Shown here: positions 63,217 through 64,000 of the stretch, one piece after another
Numbering within the stretch: the first letter of the stretch is position 1
How the letters are laid out: every line of letters starts with the position of its first letter
Assembly: GCF_041956535.1 (NCBI RefSeq)
Contig: NW_027192198.1
Span: 442,714-506,713 of the forward strand
Direction of reading: 5' to 3'
Length of the DNA stretch: 64,000 nucleotides
Origin: Calcarisporiella thermophila CBS 279.70
Lineage: Eukaryota; Fungi; Calcarisporiellomycota
The notes under the pieces: generated by a model
Database searches by the model: none
What the model saw: the letters and a program-made list of their open reading frames with translations, nothing else
Told to the model about the DNA's origin: nothing
Position numbers and translations under genes: made by a program

Positions 63217-64000
63217 TTATGCCATAGTGAGCGGAGCCATTGGATGATTCATCGAGGAAGTGCATTGCATTTGCCATTCGCCGCGCTCCTCGCCATCCGA
63301 ATGGTATGCTTGCGGGTGCATGTTGGGACGGCGCGACGGATGGAAGCCTTCGTCAAACTCTTGCGCGGGATAGGGCGGAGCAGCCAGGGGAGGGCGGTCC
63401 AGGGAAGGCGGCCCACCCTGCTTAGCACTCGCCGCCCAGGGCCGCTCCATGCTCTGGATGTTGAGCCCCAATGGCAAGCGAGTCCGGTGCTCCAGTGGCC
63501 GGTACTCGCCATTCTCGGGGGATGCGTTTCCCTCTCCATTGGCCATGTAGGAGGGGGGAACGGACGGGGCCTGGAATGCGGATGGGTAGGATGTTCCATA
63601 GGTTGGGTAGCCCATCTCTCCGGGCAATACCGCGGGCCGGGGGTATGGCGAGAAGTATCGGCCGTCGACGGAGAGCGGGACCATGGGGCTATAGCGCCCC
63701 TGGTTGTCCGAGTAGTGGCCGGGAGAGCGCCCCCGCACCACCAGCGGAGAGGACTGTGCCACCGCCACACAAATCTGCTGGCCATTGTCACAGTAGGCGT
63801 GCAGCTCGTTCAGGAGGATGTAGTATTGCTGAGCCGCGCGCCGTTTCCCGTTATTTGCGGTGGCGGTTTTGAACTGGATGCGCTCGAACGTCGCGATGTT
63901 GGGCTGAGTCCCAATGGTGGCGAGGTTGAGGTCTCCCCCGGCGCGGATTGGTTTGGGCATCGGGGTGGTCTGGGGGCCTTTGTCGCGCTTCGGCGTGTGC
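63217..64000 (-). CDS. NDT80: Ndt80/PhoG family transcription factor, 3' part; 5' end outside the window
   Basis: HTPKRDKGPQTTP...ATFERIQFKTATANNGKRRAAQQYYIL...SSPLVVRGRSPGHY; very GC-rich. Confidence 0.93.
   Translation of the reverse strand, partial: HTPKRDKGPQTTPMPKPIRAGGDLNLATIGTQPNIATFERIQFKTATANNGKRRAAQQYYILLNELHAYCDNGQQICVAVAQSSPLVVRGRSPGHYSDNQGRYSPMVPLSVDGRYFSPYPRPAVLPGEMGYPTYGTSYPSAFQAPSVPPSYMANGEGNASPENGEYRPLEHRTRLPLGLNIQSMERPWAASAKQGGPPSLDRPPLAAPPYPAQEFDEGFHPSRRPNMHPQAYHSDGEERGEWQMQCTSSMNHPMAPLTMA

Noticed and set aside
63240-63872. Overlapping and antisense ORFs across NDT80, and similar shadows over RPS15, SRC1 and the giant protein gene
   Set aside because: Expected by-products of GC-rich or biased codon usage on the real coding strand.

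Overview
Gene-dense, intron-rich eukaryotic DNA: short (~55-75 nt) GT-AG introns, an AT-rich background and local GC-rich islands. Gene content (eisosome Pil1/Lsp1, Ndt80, fused BioDA, neutral trehalase, MP88-like secreted protein, YAT permease) indicates a fungus, probably an early-diverging one such as Mucoromycota (inference). I reconstructed about 26 protein-coding genes by manual splicing. Three are invisible in the ORF track: CWC2 (1-466), an NDUFA4/B12D subunit (33321-33771) and a 93-aa MPLKIP/TTDN1/SICKLE-like protein (57439-57786). I found no rRNA, tRNA, CRISPR array or intact mobile element. Most notable: (1) a ~1,890-aa single-pass membrane protein of tandem DUF3712/Tag1-like modules, with phase-1 introns at identical module junctions and dibasic Kex2-like sites at equivalent points of two super-repeats; (2) a rhodanese-TehB-like methyltransferase fusion directly downstream of an amino-acid permease with a variant TM1 motif; (3) a 57-nt G-U-containing hairpin in the bioDA/SCI1 divergent intergenic region; (4) hidden splicing-related genes (MPLKIP/SICKLE-like, Gemin8-like); (5) a RING-plus-RRM gene next to Ndt80. 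All family calls come from motif recognition by eye, not database searches.
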